A stretch of DNA of 64,000 nt from Octopus sinensis (Eukaryota). This document shows positions 27,621 to 39,942 of the stretch, piece by piece. The stretch is taken from assembly GCF_006345805.1 (NCBI RefSeq), contig NC_043010.1:37324001-37388000 (forward strand), in the 5' to 3' direction. The position numbers were made by a program, and so were the translations under genes. The first letter of the stretch is position 1, and each line of letters opens with the position of its first letter. Below the pieces are notes generated by a model that was given only the letters and a program-made list of their open reading frames with translations, was not told the origin of the DNA and made no database searches.

Positions 27621-29852
27621 TGTAAGAGATTGATGTATCTAGTTTCAGCCTTTATTTAAGCTTCATCAGTGTTTGGTTACATATTTTGGGCCGCAGAAAG
27701 AATAGCAGCATATATCTATTTCTAGTTTAACCCCTTTGAAACTAAATCATCTGCAATTGCCCCTGGTTCTATGACACAAGCTTTCAAAATTTAAAAGTAA
27801 TCAAAATTAATACTTTCCATCAAAATATGTTAATTTATATTCCAGGTTAATTTTTTCAGGCATAGGCACAAGGCTTGAAATTTGAGGGGAAGGTGTTACT
27901 TCATTATATTGATCCCAGTATTGAAAGCACTCATTTCATTAACCCCGAAAGGATGAAAAGCAGAGATGGTCTTGGTGGAATTTGAACTCTCAATATAAAA
28001 CTAGAAGAAATTGCTTCTAAGCATTTAAGAACTTATCAGTGATCAACTAGACTTGCATCCTGTTCTCATCAGTATACTGTGCAGCCTCCTAAGTATCGTA
28101 AAGCATTTTACTGTACCAGTTTCTTCCCTTGCACCTCTGGACTTTGGAATTCTCTTCAACATGACCTCCAGTCTTTTAAGTCTAATGTACATTGTCACCT
28201 TTTACTCTTTTATTTGTTTCAGCCATTTGACTGTGGCCATGCTGGAGCACCACCTTTAGTCGAGCAAATCGACTCCAGGGCTTATTCTTTGTTAGCCTAG
28301 TGCTTATTCTTTGTAAGCTTAGTACTTATTGTATCGGTGTCTTTTGCCAAACCACTAAGTTATGGGAATGTAAATACTCCAGCATCAGTTGTCAAGCGAT
28401 GTTGGAGTGGGGGTCAAAGCCAGACACACGCATGTATATATGTATACAACGGGCTTCTTTCAGTTTCCGCCTACCAAATCCACTCACAAGGCTTTGGTCG
28501 GCCAGAGGCTATAGTAGAAGTCACTTGCCCAAGGTGCCACACAGTGGGACTGAACCCAGAACCATGCTTTCCGTCTAGAACCTATTGACTTTTGTCTAGC
28601 ATCCATTTTATTTCAGCAGCGCTTACGTTTTCAGTCGTGTAAGGACCTTGTAACAAGCGTATGCTTTAAACGAAGAAAAAAAAAAGCATTTCGTGCAACT
28701 CTGCCAACTGGCTACCTTAGACTAGCCTTAATAATCCTTACTAATTTATCGACCCCAAAAGGATGAAAAGCAAAGTTGGCCCCAGTGGTGTTTGAACTCA
28801 GAACATGAAGACAGACGAAATACCACTCAACATTTCAACCAGCGTGCTAACGATTCTTCCAGCTCGCTACCTTTACATTATCCTTAATAATGAGTTATTT
28901 TACTAACTTCATCATTTTCAAAATTATTTCTTTCTTTATTGCCCACAGGGGGCTAAACGTAGAGGGGACAAACAAGGACAGAGAAGGGGAATAAGTTTAT
29001 TACATTGACTCCAGTGATTAACTGGTACTTATTTAATCGACCCCGAAAGGATGAAAGGGTATTTCAACAGGAATATTGTAATGAAAGAGTGAACCACACA
29101 CACACTGCCTACTTTTTCAAGGCAACAAGGTTAAATCCGTGTTTACTGCTTGTTCTGTAGTACTTGAGTTAAATAAGTGTGTGTGTGTGTGACAAAATAA
29201 TTCTTTCTTGTAGGATAATGAGAAGTATTTATCTTGGTTCTTTAATTAGGTATCTTGTTCATCATGGTAGCTGAACCTTTTCACCTGCCTCTCTCAGCCA
29301 GCCATTCCATTGACAATCTTTGTTCTCATGAGGTGCTTATCTGTAGTGAACAGAGGAATGTTGTACAAACAAACAAGTGTGTGTATGTGCATATGTCTGT
29401 GTGTATGTTGGGTTTGTTGGTGTGTGGTGGGGCATTGAAGAATTCTTAGTCATTAATAGATTAATTAATTTCATGTGAATGATTTATCATTAGTGCATAG
29501 AACAATAGAGGTGTGCATGCACACACACACACACACACACACTCCATCATCATCATCATCATAAAAGTCTATTCCTGCATACCTGAACAGTCCTTTTCTC
29601 ATCTTTTTTTGTAAGGTAATAAACCTTTTGAGACCTGACTTCGCAACTTCTTGTTGCTTCTTCAGAGTCTATCTCTCTTCTTCTGCCCATTCCTTCTACA
29701 GATACACCATTTAACAAGTTTTTACCCAAATCCTATCCTCCACATCACCTATCTGTACCAGCTCGATCTTTCCTCATACACACTACATCAGATTCCTCTT
29801 ATACTCATTGACTCTCAATTCATTTATGTTCCATCATTCATACAAAATAATA

Positions 29853-30064
29853 ATACATGAAAAGTTCCTGGCTTTGGGTAAAAGAAAATACAGGAGGATC
29901 ACTTAATTATGATTCTATTCAACATGTTCCCCTCTCAAAGTCACACACGTATTGCAGCCGTCATTCAGTTTTTCTAAGCCCTGTAAAAGAACTCTGAGGG
30001 TTGAGCCTCCAGCCAGGCCTTTCACAGTGCCCTTAAAGCCAAAAACTTTCAGCACCGTCTCATA
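29853..30064. mobile_element. Mariner-type MITE remnant
   Basis: GAAAAGTTCCTGGCTTT and AAAGCCAAAAACTTTC form an inverted pair, and the right end terminates in TA. A second copy lies at about 59935-60129. Confidence 0.55.
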
Positions 30065-32751
30065 CATGCAGCATCCCTTTGTACATCCAGCAGAACAAGG
30101 GCACCTCATTTATGTTCAACATCCACATTCAATGCCCATGTTTCACTACCATGCAACATAGTAGTTATTACTCAATCATCATACAGTCTCTTCTTCTTTT
30201 GTGCACAAAATACAAAAGAAATTGATTCAGGTTATTTTATTCTTTAATAAATACAGAATATATATATACGTCAGGCTAAGTAAAAATCGTGATAGCCCTT
30301 GCATACAGGCTCTGCCCCTGCAACCCTCTCCAGCTGAGCATCTCTAATCTTGCAAACTCGTAAGTGCTGGTGCCACGTAAAAAGCACGTCTGCCAGTGTT
30401 GTGTAAAAGTACCCAATTCACTCTGGAAAGTGGCCGATGTTAGGAAGGACATCCAGCTGTAGAAACTATGCTGAAACAGACGTGGGTCCTTCAGTACTTC
30501 AGCTGGTCCGCTCCTGTCAAACCATCCAACCCACACCAGCATGGAAAATGGACATTCAATGATAATGCTGCTGCTGCTGCTGATGATAATGATATCATGT
30601 GATCATGTGGTCAACCACATTATTAAATGTTGTTATACATTGCTGGCCACAATGCACTACTGGGTAGGCAAGCAGGTCAACATTCCCCTTGATCAGAAGG
30701 CTAGTCCATCGCAGGGTCCCCTATTTACAGCTGAGTGGACTGGAACAAAGTGAAATGAAGTGTTTTGCTCAGGAACACAACATGTATCTGGTCTGGGAAT
30801 CAAAGCCATGATCTCACAATTGTGGATGCAACACTCCTAACCACTAGGCCACGCCCCTTCACAAACACACACACACATTGCTAACAAATATCCAGTCAAT
30901 TTGACTGTCTTAAGTCCAGTTACATAGATAAATTTATTGTTAGTATAAAGAGCATCAAAAAATGCTACTTAAAATGATGCAAGACGTTCTGGAACAGGCA
31001 TACACTCAGCTTTCTACAAGGAAATGTTGACTGAAGTATTATATATGTACATATGTGTTTGTGTGTAAGCATCATTTGATGGACATGCAAGTGAGTCTGT
31101 ATGTAAAGTGTATATGCAGAGTATGATATAACAAGCCAACTAACATATGCTTTCAGCAAAAGCAAGTGGGGAAGTAATGAAATTATGTTCTCAGTTGAGT
31201 GTAACCTGTTCACTTCTGTTGATGACACCATATGTGCAAATTATATATAATTAAAGTTTGTAGAAATGTTATGTTCTCTTGCAATAATGTATGTTGAAAG
31301 GGTTGTGGTCTATTAGAACTGCTGGCTGAAAGAGTGTCATCATTCTTTGCATGTTAATTCAATGTTATCTGCAATTAGGTATGCCTGTTGGTAATAGCTG
31401 CATGCTAATCACTGATTGGTTGAGAATTCAATTAAATTAATTTGTCTGCCATGTAAATTCATTGCTGGGAGTTCACAGTGCTGGTACACCTTGAATATAG
31501 CTTACCCCTCTTTCAGCAGTGATTCATTATAGTTCTCACACCTAGTATGTATTGTAGGAATATAAACAGAAACTGAGAAAGATGAAAGGTAAAATAAACC
31601 TTGGCAGGTTTTGAACTCGGAATATCTAGGAGTAAATACTGCAGGGCAAATTTGTCTGACTTTCTTACAATTTTGCTGTCATATGTTCATTCATATATTC
31701 ATGTATATTTTCACTTCATTTCGTTTGTGACTGTAACTTAGCTATTCACAAGTAGGTCATAGGTATGTCCTCTCTCTCTCTCTTGCACCATACATTTACA
31801 ATTGATGATGAAGAAGCATACCTATTTCTTTACTATCCACAAGGGGCCAAACACAGAGAGGATAAACAAGGACAGACAAACGGATTAAGTCGATTATATC
31901 GACCCCAGTGCATAACTGGTACTTATTTAATCGACCCCGAAAGGATGAAAGACAAAGTCGACCTCGGCGGAATTTGAACTCAGAACGTAGCGGCAGATGA
32001 AATACCACTAAGCATTTTGTCCGGTGTGCTATCGTTTCTGCCAGCTCGCCGCCTTGAAGAAGCATACTGATGACTGTACACTGGAGAAGATGGAGCATAC
32101 TCTGCTCTTCTTCCATACATACTCCCTCTCTCTTTCTATCTCTCTCTCTCTCTCTCTCACGCACTCACATTGTCAATGAGGAAGCCTGTACACATTACTT
32201 GAACTCTTACAAACAGCTGCTAAATCCCCCCTCAAATTACACATTATCATCTTAAAAGAGAAGGACATTTTGGACGGTGTACATATGTAGTTCTAGATAC
32301 ACTAAAAAGCAGGGATGTCCATGGTTAGCACGTCTCTCATCATACATCTGATCCCTCCTGAGGCTAAGCAAAACCAGCAACAATCGCAATATATCTCTTT
32401 GTTTTAGTCCTCATTTTTCTGTTGCATCTCTCTCCCCCTCTTTCCACCATCTCTCTTTCTCTCCCTCTCTCTCTCTCTATATATATATATATATCAATGC
32501 TTATAAGTTGTGCTAATCTACATTAGATTCTCTTCACACAGCCGCCACCACTATCCCCCACTCCCACCCCATGTCCACTTATTTTTTTTTTTTTTGAATG
32601 TATGGAGTTTGAATTAATCATGTTACTCAGAGAAACTTCGTAGTCACTGTCAATGAAATTACAATAAATATTAGACTCTACACTTGTATTGAGTTCTTCA
32701 CTCAGTCAGTGTTCTTTCGCTTTTTATGCATATATAAAAACACTTATGTTT

Positions 32752-32786
<35 letters not shown>

Positions 32787-32881
32787 TTGTGTGTGTAGGT
32801 ATCTGTGTACATGTATGTGTTCTGTTTATTTTGCCATATATATATATATACATATACATACATACATATATATATCTACAT

Positions 32882-32955
<74 letters not shown>

Positions 32956-33244
32956 CCGTAATAATGAAGGGTGAAATTAATTAATTTGGAATAATTATCA
33001 ATTACACCAAGTAGTCTTCGGCATGTAAAAGCCTCATTTGAGGAAAATTTAAGTAATACTAAGCAATAAGGGTTCAGCAACGAATTGCCTTACCACATAC
33101 CGAATTTAGAAATAGCAGTCAAAGGGTTATAGCTATTTCTTCTACTAAAAAGGGAGATCTCAGTAAAAACAGCAATTGGAAGGCTGACACAAACAGGTAA
33201 GAGAGAATGAATTAACCGCAATCTATCAAACATTTTTAAAGTTA

Positions 33245-33351
33245 TCCACGGACGTACGTTTCGAAATCAAGTTTTAGGAAAGCATAAGAATTAAAATATT
33301 AAATATTAAATAATTCTATCTTACCGAAACTTCTTTTCTCTTCAGCGTGGA
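33245..33351 (-). ncRNA. Type I hammerhead ribozyme, unit 1
   Basis: Minus strand reads TCCACG-CTGAAGA-G[long hairpin]C-GAAA-C-GTAC-G-TC-CGTGGA. Helix I is TCCACG/CGTGGA, the core is intact, and the predicted GUC cleavage site lies between 33251 and 33250. Confidence 0.85.
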
Positions 33352-33845
33352 ATACTATAATCATAAATGATTATATATTGAATTTTGAGATACTAGGAGG
33401 TACCAACTCAACTCAGTATCAGAGCGAGCTAGAATCCTCAACTAGTATCACCGAATTCAAATTTGTGAATGAAACGATTGTGTCAACAGCCCCTTCCCAC
33501 CCGCGTGTAGCCAAAACAAGATGCTGTGGTCATCTACTGAGATAAAATATGGTTATCCGTAATAATGAAGGGTGAAATTAATTAATTTGGAATAATTATC
33601 AATTACACCAAGTAGTCTTCGGCATGTAAAAGCCTCATTTGAGGAAAATTTAAGTAATACTAAGCAATAAGGGTTCAGCAACGAATTGCCTTACCACATA
33701 CCGAATTTAGAAATAGCAGTCAAAGGGTTATAGCTATTTCTTCTACTAAAAAGGGAGATCTCAGTAAAAACAGCAATTGGAAGGCTGACACAAACAGGTA
33801 AGAGAGAATGAATTAACCGCAATCTATCAAACATTTTTAAAGTTA

Positions 33846-33952
33846 TCCACGGACGTACGTTTCGAAATCAAGTTTTAGGAAAGCATAAGAATTAAAATAT
33901 TAAATATTAAATAATTCTATCTTACCGAAACTTCTTTTCTCTTCAGCGTGGA
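33846..33952 (-). ncRNA. Type I hammerhead ribozyme, unit 2
   Basis: Same motif as unit 1. Confidence 0.85.
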
Positions 33953-34445
33953 ATACTATAATCATAAATGATTATATATTGAATTTTGAGATACTAGGAG
34001 GTACCAACTCAACTCAGTATCAGAGCGAGCTAGAATCCTCAACTAGTATCACCGAATTCAAATTTGTGAATGAAACGATTGTGTCAACAGCCCCTTCCCA
34101 CCCGCGTGTAGCCAAAACAAGATGCTGTGGTCATCTACTGAGATAAAATATGGTTATCCGTAATAATGAAGGGTGAAATTAATTAATTTGGAATAATTAT
34201 CAATTACACCAAGTAGTCTTCGGCATGTAAAAGCCTCATTTGAGGAAAATTTAAGTAATACTAAGCAATAAGGGTTCAGCAACGAATTGCCTTACCACAT
34301 ACCGAATTAGAAATAGCAGTCAAAGGGTTATAGCTATTTCTTCTACTAAAAAGGGAGATCTCAGTAAAAACAGCAATTGGAAGGCTGACACAAACAGGTA
34401 AGAGAGAATGAATTAACCGCAATCTATCAAACATTTTTAAAGTTA

Positions 34446-34552
34446 TCCACGGACGTACGTTTCGAAATCAAGTTTTAGGAAAGCATAAGAATTAAAATAT
34501 TAAATATTAAATAATTCTATCTTACCGAAACTTCTTTTCTCTTCAGCGTGGA
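34446..34552 (-). ncRNA. Type I hammerhead ribozyme, unit 3
   Basis: Same motif as unit 1. Confidence 0.85.
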
Positions 34553-35046
34553 ATACTATAATCATAAATGATTATATATTGAATTTTGAGATACTAGGAG
34601 GTACCAACTCAACTCAGTATCAGAGCGAGCTAGAATCCTCAACTAGTATCACCGAATTCAAATTTGTGAATGAAACGATTGTGTCAACAGCCCCTTCCCA
34701 CCCGCGTGTAGCCAAAACAAGATGCTGTGGTCATCTACTGAGATAAAATATGGTTATCCGTAATAATGAAGGGTGAAATTAATTAATTTGGAATAATTAT
34801 CAATTACACCAAGTAGTCTTCGGCATGTAAAAGCCTCATTTGAGGAAAATTTAAGTAATACTAAGCAATAAGGGTTCAGCAACGAATTGCCTTACCACAT
34901 ACCGAATTTAGAAATAGCAGTCAAAGGGTTATAGCTATTTCTTCTACTAAAAAGGGAGATCTCAGTAAAAACAGCAATTGGAAGGCTGACACAAACAGGT
35001 AAGAGAGAATGAATTAACCGCAATCTATCAAACATTTTTAAAGTTA

Positions 35047-35153
35047 TCCACGGACGTACGTTTCGAAATCAAGTTTTAGGAAAGCATAAGAATTAAAATA
35101 TTAAATATTAAATAATTCTATCTTACCGAAACTTCTTTTCTCTTCAGCGTGGA
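35047..35153 (-). ncRNA. Type I hammerhead ribozyme, unit 4
   Basis: Same motif as unit 1. Confidence 0.85.
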
Positions 35154-35646
35154 ATACTATAATCATAAATGATTATATATTGAATTTTGAGATACTAGGA
35201 GGTACCAACTCAACTCAGTATCAGAGCGAGCTAGAATCCTCAACTAGTATCACCGAATTCAAATTTGTGAATGAAACGATTGTGTCAACAGCCCCTTCCC
35301 ACCCGCGTGTAGCCAAAACAAGATGCTGTGGTCATCTACTGAGATAAAATATGGTTATCCGTAATAATGAAGGGTGAAATTAATTAATTTGGAATAATTA
35401 TCAATTACACCAAGTAGTCTTCGGCATGTAAAAGCCTCATTTGAGGAAAATTTAAGTAATACTAAGCAATAAGGGTTCAGCAACGAATTGCCTTACCACA
35501 TACCGAATTTAGAAATAGCAGTCAAAGGGTTATAGCTATTTCTTCTACTAAAAAGGGAGATCTCAGTAAAAACAGCAATTGGAAGGCTGACACAAACAGG
35601 TAAGAGAGAATGAATTAACCGCAATCTATCAACATTTTTAAAGTTA

Positions 35647-35753
35647 TCCACGGACGTACGTTTCGAAATCAAGTTTTAGGAAAGCATAAGAATTAAAATA
35701 TTAAATATTAAATAATTCTATCTTACCGAAACTTCTTTTCTCTTCAGCGTGGA
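35647..35753 (-). ncRNA. Type I hammerhead ribozyme, unit 5
   Basis: Same motif as unit 1. Confidence 0.85.
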
Positions 35754-36247
35754 ATACTATAATCATAAATGATTATATATTGAATTTTGAGATACTAGGA
35801 GGTACCAACTCAACTCAGTATCAGAGCGAGCTAGAATCCTCAACTAGTATCACCGAATTCAAATTTGTGAATGAAACGATTGTGTCAACAGCCCCTTCCC
35901 ACCCGCGTGTAGCCAAAACAAGATGCTGTGGTCATCTACTGAGATAAAATATGGTTATCCGTAATAATGAAGGGTGAAATTAATTAATTTGGAATAATTA
36001 TCAATTACACCAAGTAGTCTTCGGCATGTAAAAGCCTCATTTGAGGAAAATTTAAGTAATACTAAGCAATAAGGGTTCAGCAACGAATTGCCTTACCACA
36101 TACCGAATTTAGAAATAGCAGTCAAAGGGTTATAGCTATTTCTTCTACTAAAAAGGGAGATCTCAGTAAAAACAGCAATTGGAAGGCTGACACAAACAGG
36201 TAAGAGAGAATGAATTAACCGCAATCTATCAAACATTTTTAAAGTTA

Positions 36248-36353
36248 TCCACGGACGTACGTTTCGAAATCAAGTTTTAGGAAAGCATAAGAATTAAATA
36301 TTAAATATTAAATAATTCTATCTTACCGAAACTTCTTTTCTCTTCAGCGTGGA
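36248..36353 (-). ncRNA. Type I hammerhead ribozyme, unit 6
   Basis: Same motif, with a 1-nt deletion in the distal part of helix II. Confidence 0.85.
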
Positions 36354-36536
36354 ATACTATAATCATAAATGATTATATATTGAATTTTGAGATACTAGGA
36401 GGTACCAACTCAACTCAGTATCAGAGCGAGCTAGAATCCTCAACTAGTATCACCGAATTCAAATTTGTGAATGAAACGATTGTGTCAACAGCCCCTTCCC
36501 ACCCGCGTGTAGCCAAAACAAGATGCTGTGGTCATC

Positions 36537-36853
36537 AATCATTTATGATTATAGTATTCCACGCTGAAGAGAAAAGAAGTTTCGGTAAGATAGAATTATT
36601 TAATATTTAATATTTTAATTCTTATGCTTTCCTAAAACTTGATTTCGAAACGTACGTCCGTGGATAACTTTAAAAATGTTTGATAGATTGCGGTTAATTC
36701 ATTCTCTCTTACCTGTTTGTGTCAGCCTTCCAATTGCTGTTTTTACTGAGATCTCCCTTTTTAGTAGAAGAAATAGCTATAACCCTTTGACTGCTATTTC
36801 TAAATTCGGTATGTGGTAAGGCAATTCGTTGCTGAACCCTTATTGCTTAGTAT
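36537..36853 (+). repeat. Inverted partial copy (317 bp) of the array unit
   Basis: Reverse complement of unit positions corresponding to 36059-36374, from AATCATTTATGATT to CTTATTGCTTAGTAT, followed directly by (TA)n. Confidence 0.95.
36558..36664 (+). ncRNA. Type I hammerhead ribozyme in the inverted copy (+ strand)
   Basis: TCCACG 36558-63, CTGAAGA 36564-70, helix II 36571-36646, GAAA 36647-50, CGTACG, TC with cleavage after 36658, CGTGGA 36659-64. Confidence 0.85.
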
Positions 36854-36960
36854 ATATATATATATTTTTGTGTGTGTAGGTATCTGTGTACATGTATGTG
36901 TTCTGTTTATTTTGCCATATATATATATATATATTATATATATATACATATACATAAATA

Positions 36961-37026
<66 letters not shown>

Positions 37027-37528
37027 ATATAATATATATATATATATACATATATATACATACATATATATAATATATATATATACACGATTATATATAT
37101 ATTCAGATTTTGTTATTGTTGAAACCATTACAAATGTTATGGTAGCTGTTGTTGCTGTTTTGTTGTTGTTGTTGTGTTGTTGTTGTTGTTGTTCTAGTCC
37201 TGCTATTCTTTGCCTAGCAACAAAATAGCAGCTTTGACATGATTTTTCACTATTATTTATTTATTTATTTATTTATTGCTGCTGCTGCTACTGTTGTTAT
37301 TGTTTTTAACTATTGTTGTTGTTGTTGTTGTTTTTTTTTTAACTAATTATTATTCTGCTTGAAAAATCCATTTATATTCCTCTGCCTTCACTCCTCTGTG
37401 TGTGTGTGTGTGTGTGTGTGTGCATGTGTGCATGCTACACGCGTGCTTGTGTGTGTCTGCATACATGTATGTATTGCGATATGGTTACATGTGGGCTTTG
37501 CATGTATGGTCGATGTGTATGTAATATA

Positions 37529-37581
<53 letters not shown>

Positions 37582-38400
37582 GCATATATATATATATATA
37601 TATACACACGCATATATATATATATACATGCACATACAAATATATATATATACACACGCATATATATATATACATGCACATACAAATATATTATATATAC
37701 ACACACATATATATACACACGTGTGTATATATTATATATATACACACACATATATATAAATCAGTGTGTGTATATATATATATATTTGCATGTGGATGCA
37801 TGTGGTTTTATGTGTGTGAATGATGGGTATGTATGTGTAAATGCTTGCATTTGTGTCCCTGTATGTTGTTGGTGGGGTGTGGTATGAAGCATATGGGGTT
37901 TTTTTCTTTGTGTGTGTATGTGTATTTTATGATCACATGTAAAATAGATAAGACCTTGAGTTGAGAATTGTATTCCTGGATGAAATTACCCCCTCCCCAA
38001 CCCAACCGCTCACCCACCACCACCGCCACCGCCACAACCATGGCCCTCACCACCTTCATTACAACCTCCTTTCCACTGCTCTCCTCTTTGCTTTCACACC
38101 CACTGACATGTACACACAGTTTACAACAAACACACACACACACACACACATACATAATCCCCACATTAATGTCTATGATCACAGACACATATGCACACAC
38201 ACATACACACACACACACACATCTCTAAAGACATGCATTAATGCATACATATATATACACCCACATTAATGTCTATCTACTTCCACACACAACTTACATT
38301 AATCCACACATGTGTATAAAGACATAACATATATACATGGGCATCCACCCCTCTCTGGTTCTTCCCATCTACATACACACATGAACCCAGACTCATCTCA

Positions 38401-38434
<34 letters not shown>

Positions 38435-39942
38435 GCAAGTACACATTGCTAACACACTCAGGAAGCTTGTTAGGAATGTGAACAGGGTGGGTGGGTAGAT
38501 GTGTCTTCTCTATAGCATTTGCTGCTGGGAGAGAATAATTAAATGTTGATTTTGCCCCCCCCCTACCCCCACTTCTTTCATTCTTATGTTGTGTATATAT
38601 GTGTGTGTATGTGTGTGTGTGTGTGGCAGTAGAATGGTGTGGTGGGGGTGGGGGACAAAGGTTGCAACCATGGTAACATAGTATGTCCCTGACATGGTTG
38701 GAGTTTCAGGTCAGAGCCACCTTACCTAGGGGTTACAGAGAGAGAGAGAGAAAGTAATAATACAGTCGGCCATCTACCCTGTGTGTGCATAAGTAAATGT
38801 CCATACCAGTAATATATTGTGTTTAAACCCAGCATTCATGCTTCGATTCTTAAAGATCGGAAAGACTTGCAGATTTTTATTGTTCTTGGTAAGGATGAGA
38901 ATATGGTAATAGCACAAGAATTATGGAATTATGTATTTTTTAGGCTTGCTTTTTGTTTTCCATTTAAGAATCTCAATCCAACCATATGGTTTAGATGACA
39001 CAGATCCTGTTGCTCCAAATATAATGACTATAAAGCTTAAAGCTATATATTGGGTACTGGATTTGTAAACTCCTCCACAGGGGTCTGTAGATTTCTTTCT
39101 TCTTTATTTAGGTATTTGTCATCAGTTTGAGAACTAATTCCACCAAATGAGCATTTTTTTGTTATCATTTTGCAGTTTAGAAGAATCTTTATCATATTGG
39201 ACAAAATGTTTTTCTTTCAGCTCTTTTATGTTCTGAGTTCAAACTCTACCAAGATCAACTTACCCTCCTTTCATCCTTTCAGGGGCCAATGAAATAAATA
39301 CCAGTCAAGTACTGGGGTCAATGTAATCAACTTGCCTCCTCCCTTCAAATTAATGGCCTTGTGCCAAAATTTGAAACGACCTGCTTGTGAAATTAACCTG
39401 CAAGTGGCTGAGCACTCCACAGACATACATACCCTTAATGTAGGTCTTGTGGAGATTCAGTGTGACATACGACATGTGATAAGGATGGCCCATTTCAACT
39501 GCATTTTTGCCAGCTCTGTGGATTGTACCATCATGAGATAAAGTGCCTTGCTCAAGAATACAATGTGTCACCAAGAATCAAACACACAGCCTTATTATCA
39601 TGAGCCAAACACACAACCCACTAAGACATTTTTTTTTCTCCATATTACATCATGAATCATACATAGAAAGACAACATTTCAAGGACATAGAAAGGCAATA
39701 TCCTAAGATAGACCTGGCTCTATCCCAGCTTTCTTAAAATGGTTTATCCTCCCTATGGTCTGTGTTTTCAGTTTCAATTATTCATCTACAGCAGTCTGGG
39801 TTAAATGTCTTTTTTTCAGGGTGTGGATGGTATTTGAGGACAGATTTATGGTTTAAAAAAACAATTATATAATAACAGAAAAGGCTGTATTTTTATTAGA
39901 AAAATAACATAAACATAAAGCTAAATTATCAATTTGATAATT

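Larger units (their letters stand above)
32953..36536 (-). repeat. Tandem array of six ~601-bp hammerhead-containing units (retrozyme-like or Penelope-like pLTR array)
   Basis: The motif TATCCGTAATAATGAAGGG recurs at 32953, 33554, 34155, 34755, 35356 and 35956. Units differ only by rare single-base indels. The sixth unit stops at 36536. Strand is given for the ribozyme-sense orientation. Confidence 0.97.

Noticed and set aside
32953-36536. Array as a CRISPR array, rDNA/5S unit or protein-coding repeat
   Set aside because: The units are identical 601-mers with no unique spacers, no rRNA or tRNA similarity that I recognise, and no substantial ORF. The 76-aa ORF at 36380 exists only because of the inversion junction.
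38832-39050. Two short open stretches with possible splice sites (IHASILKDRKDLQIFIVL; ISIQPYGLDDTDPVAPNIMTIKLKAIYW)
   Set aside because: No similarity to MAEA or any protein I recognise, weak splice signals, and lengths compatible with chance.
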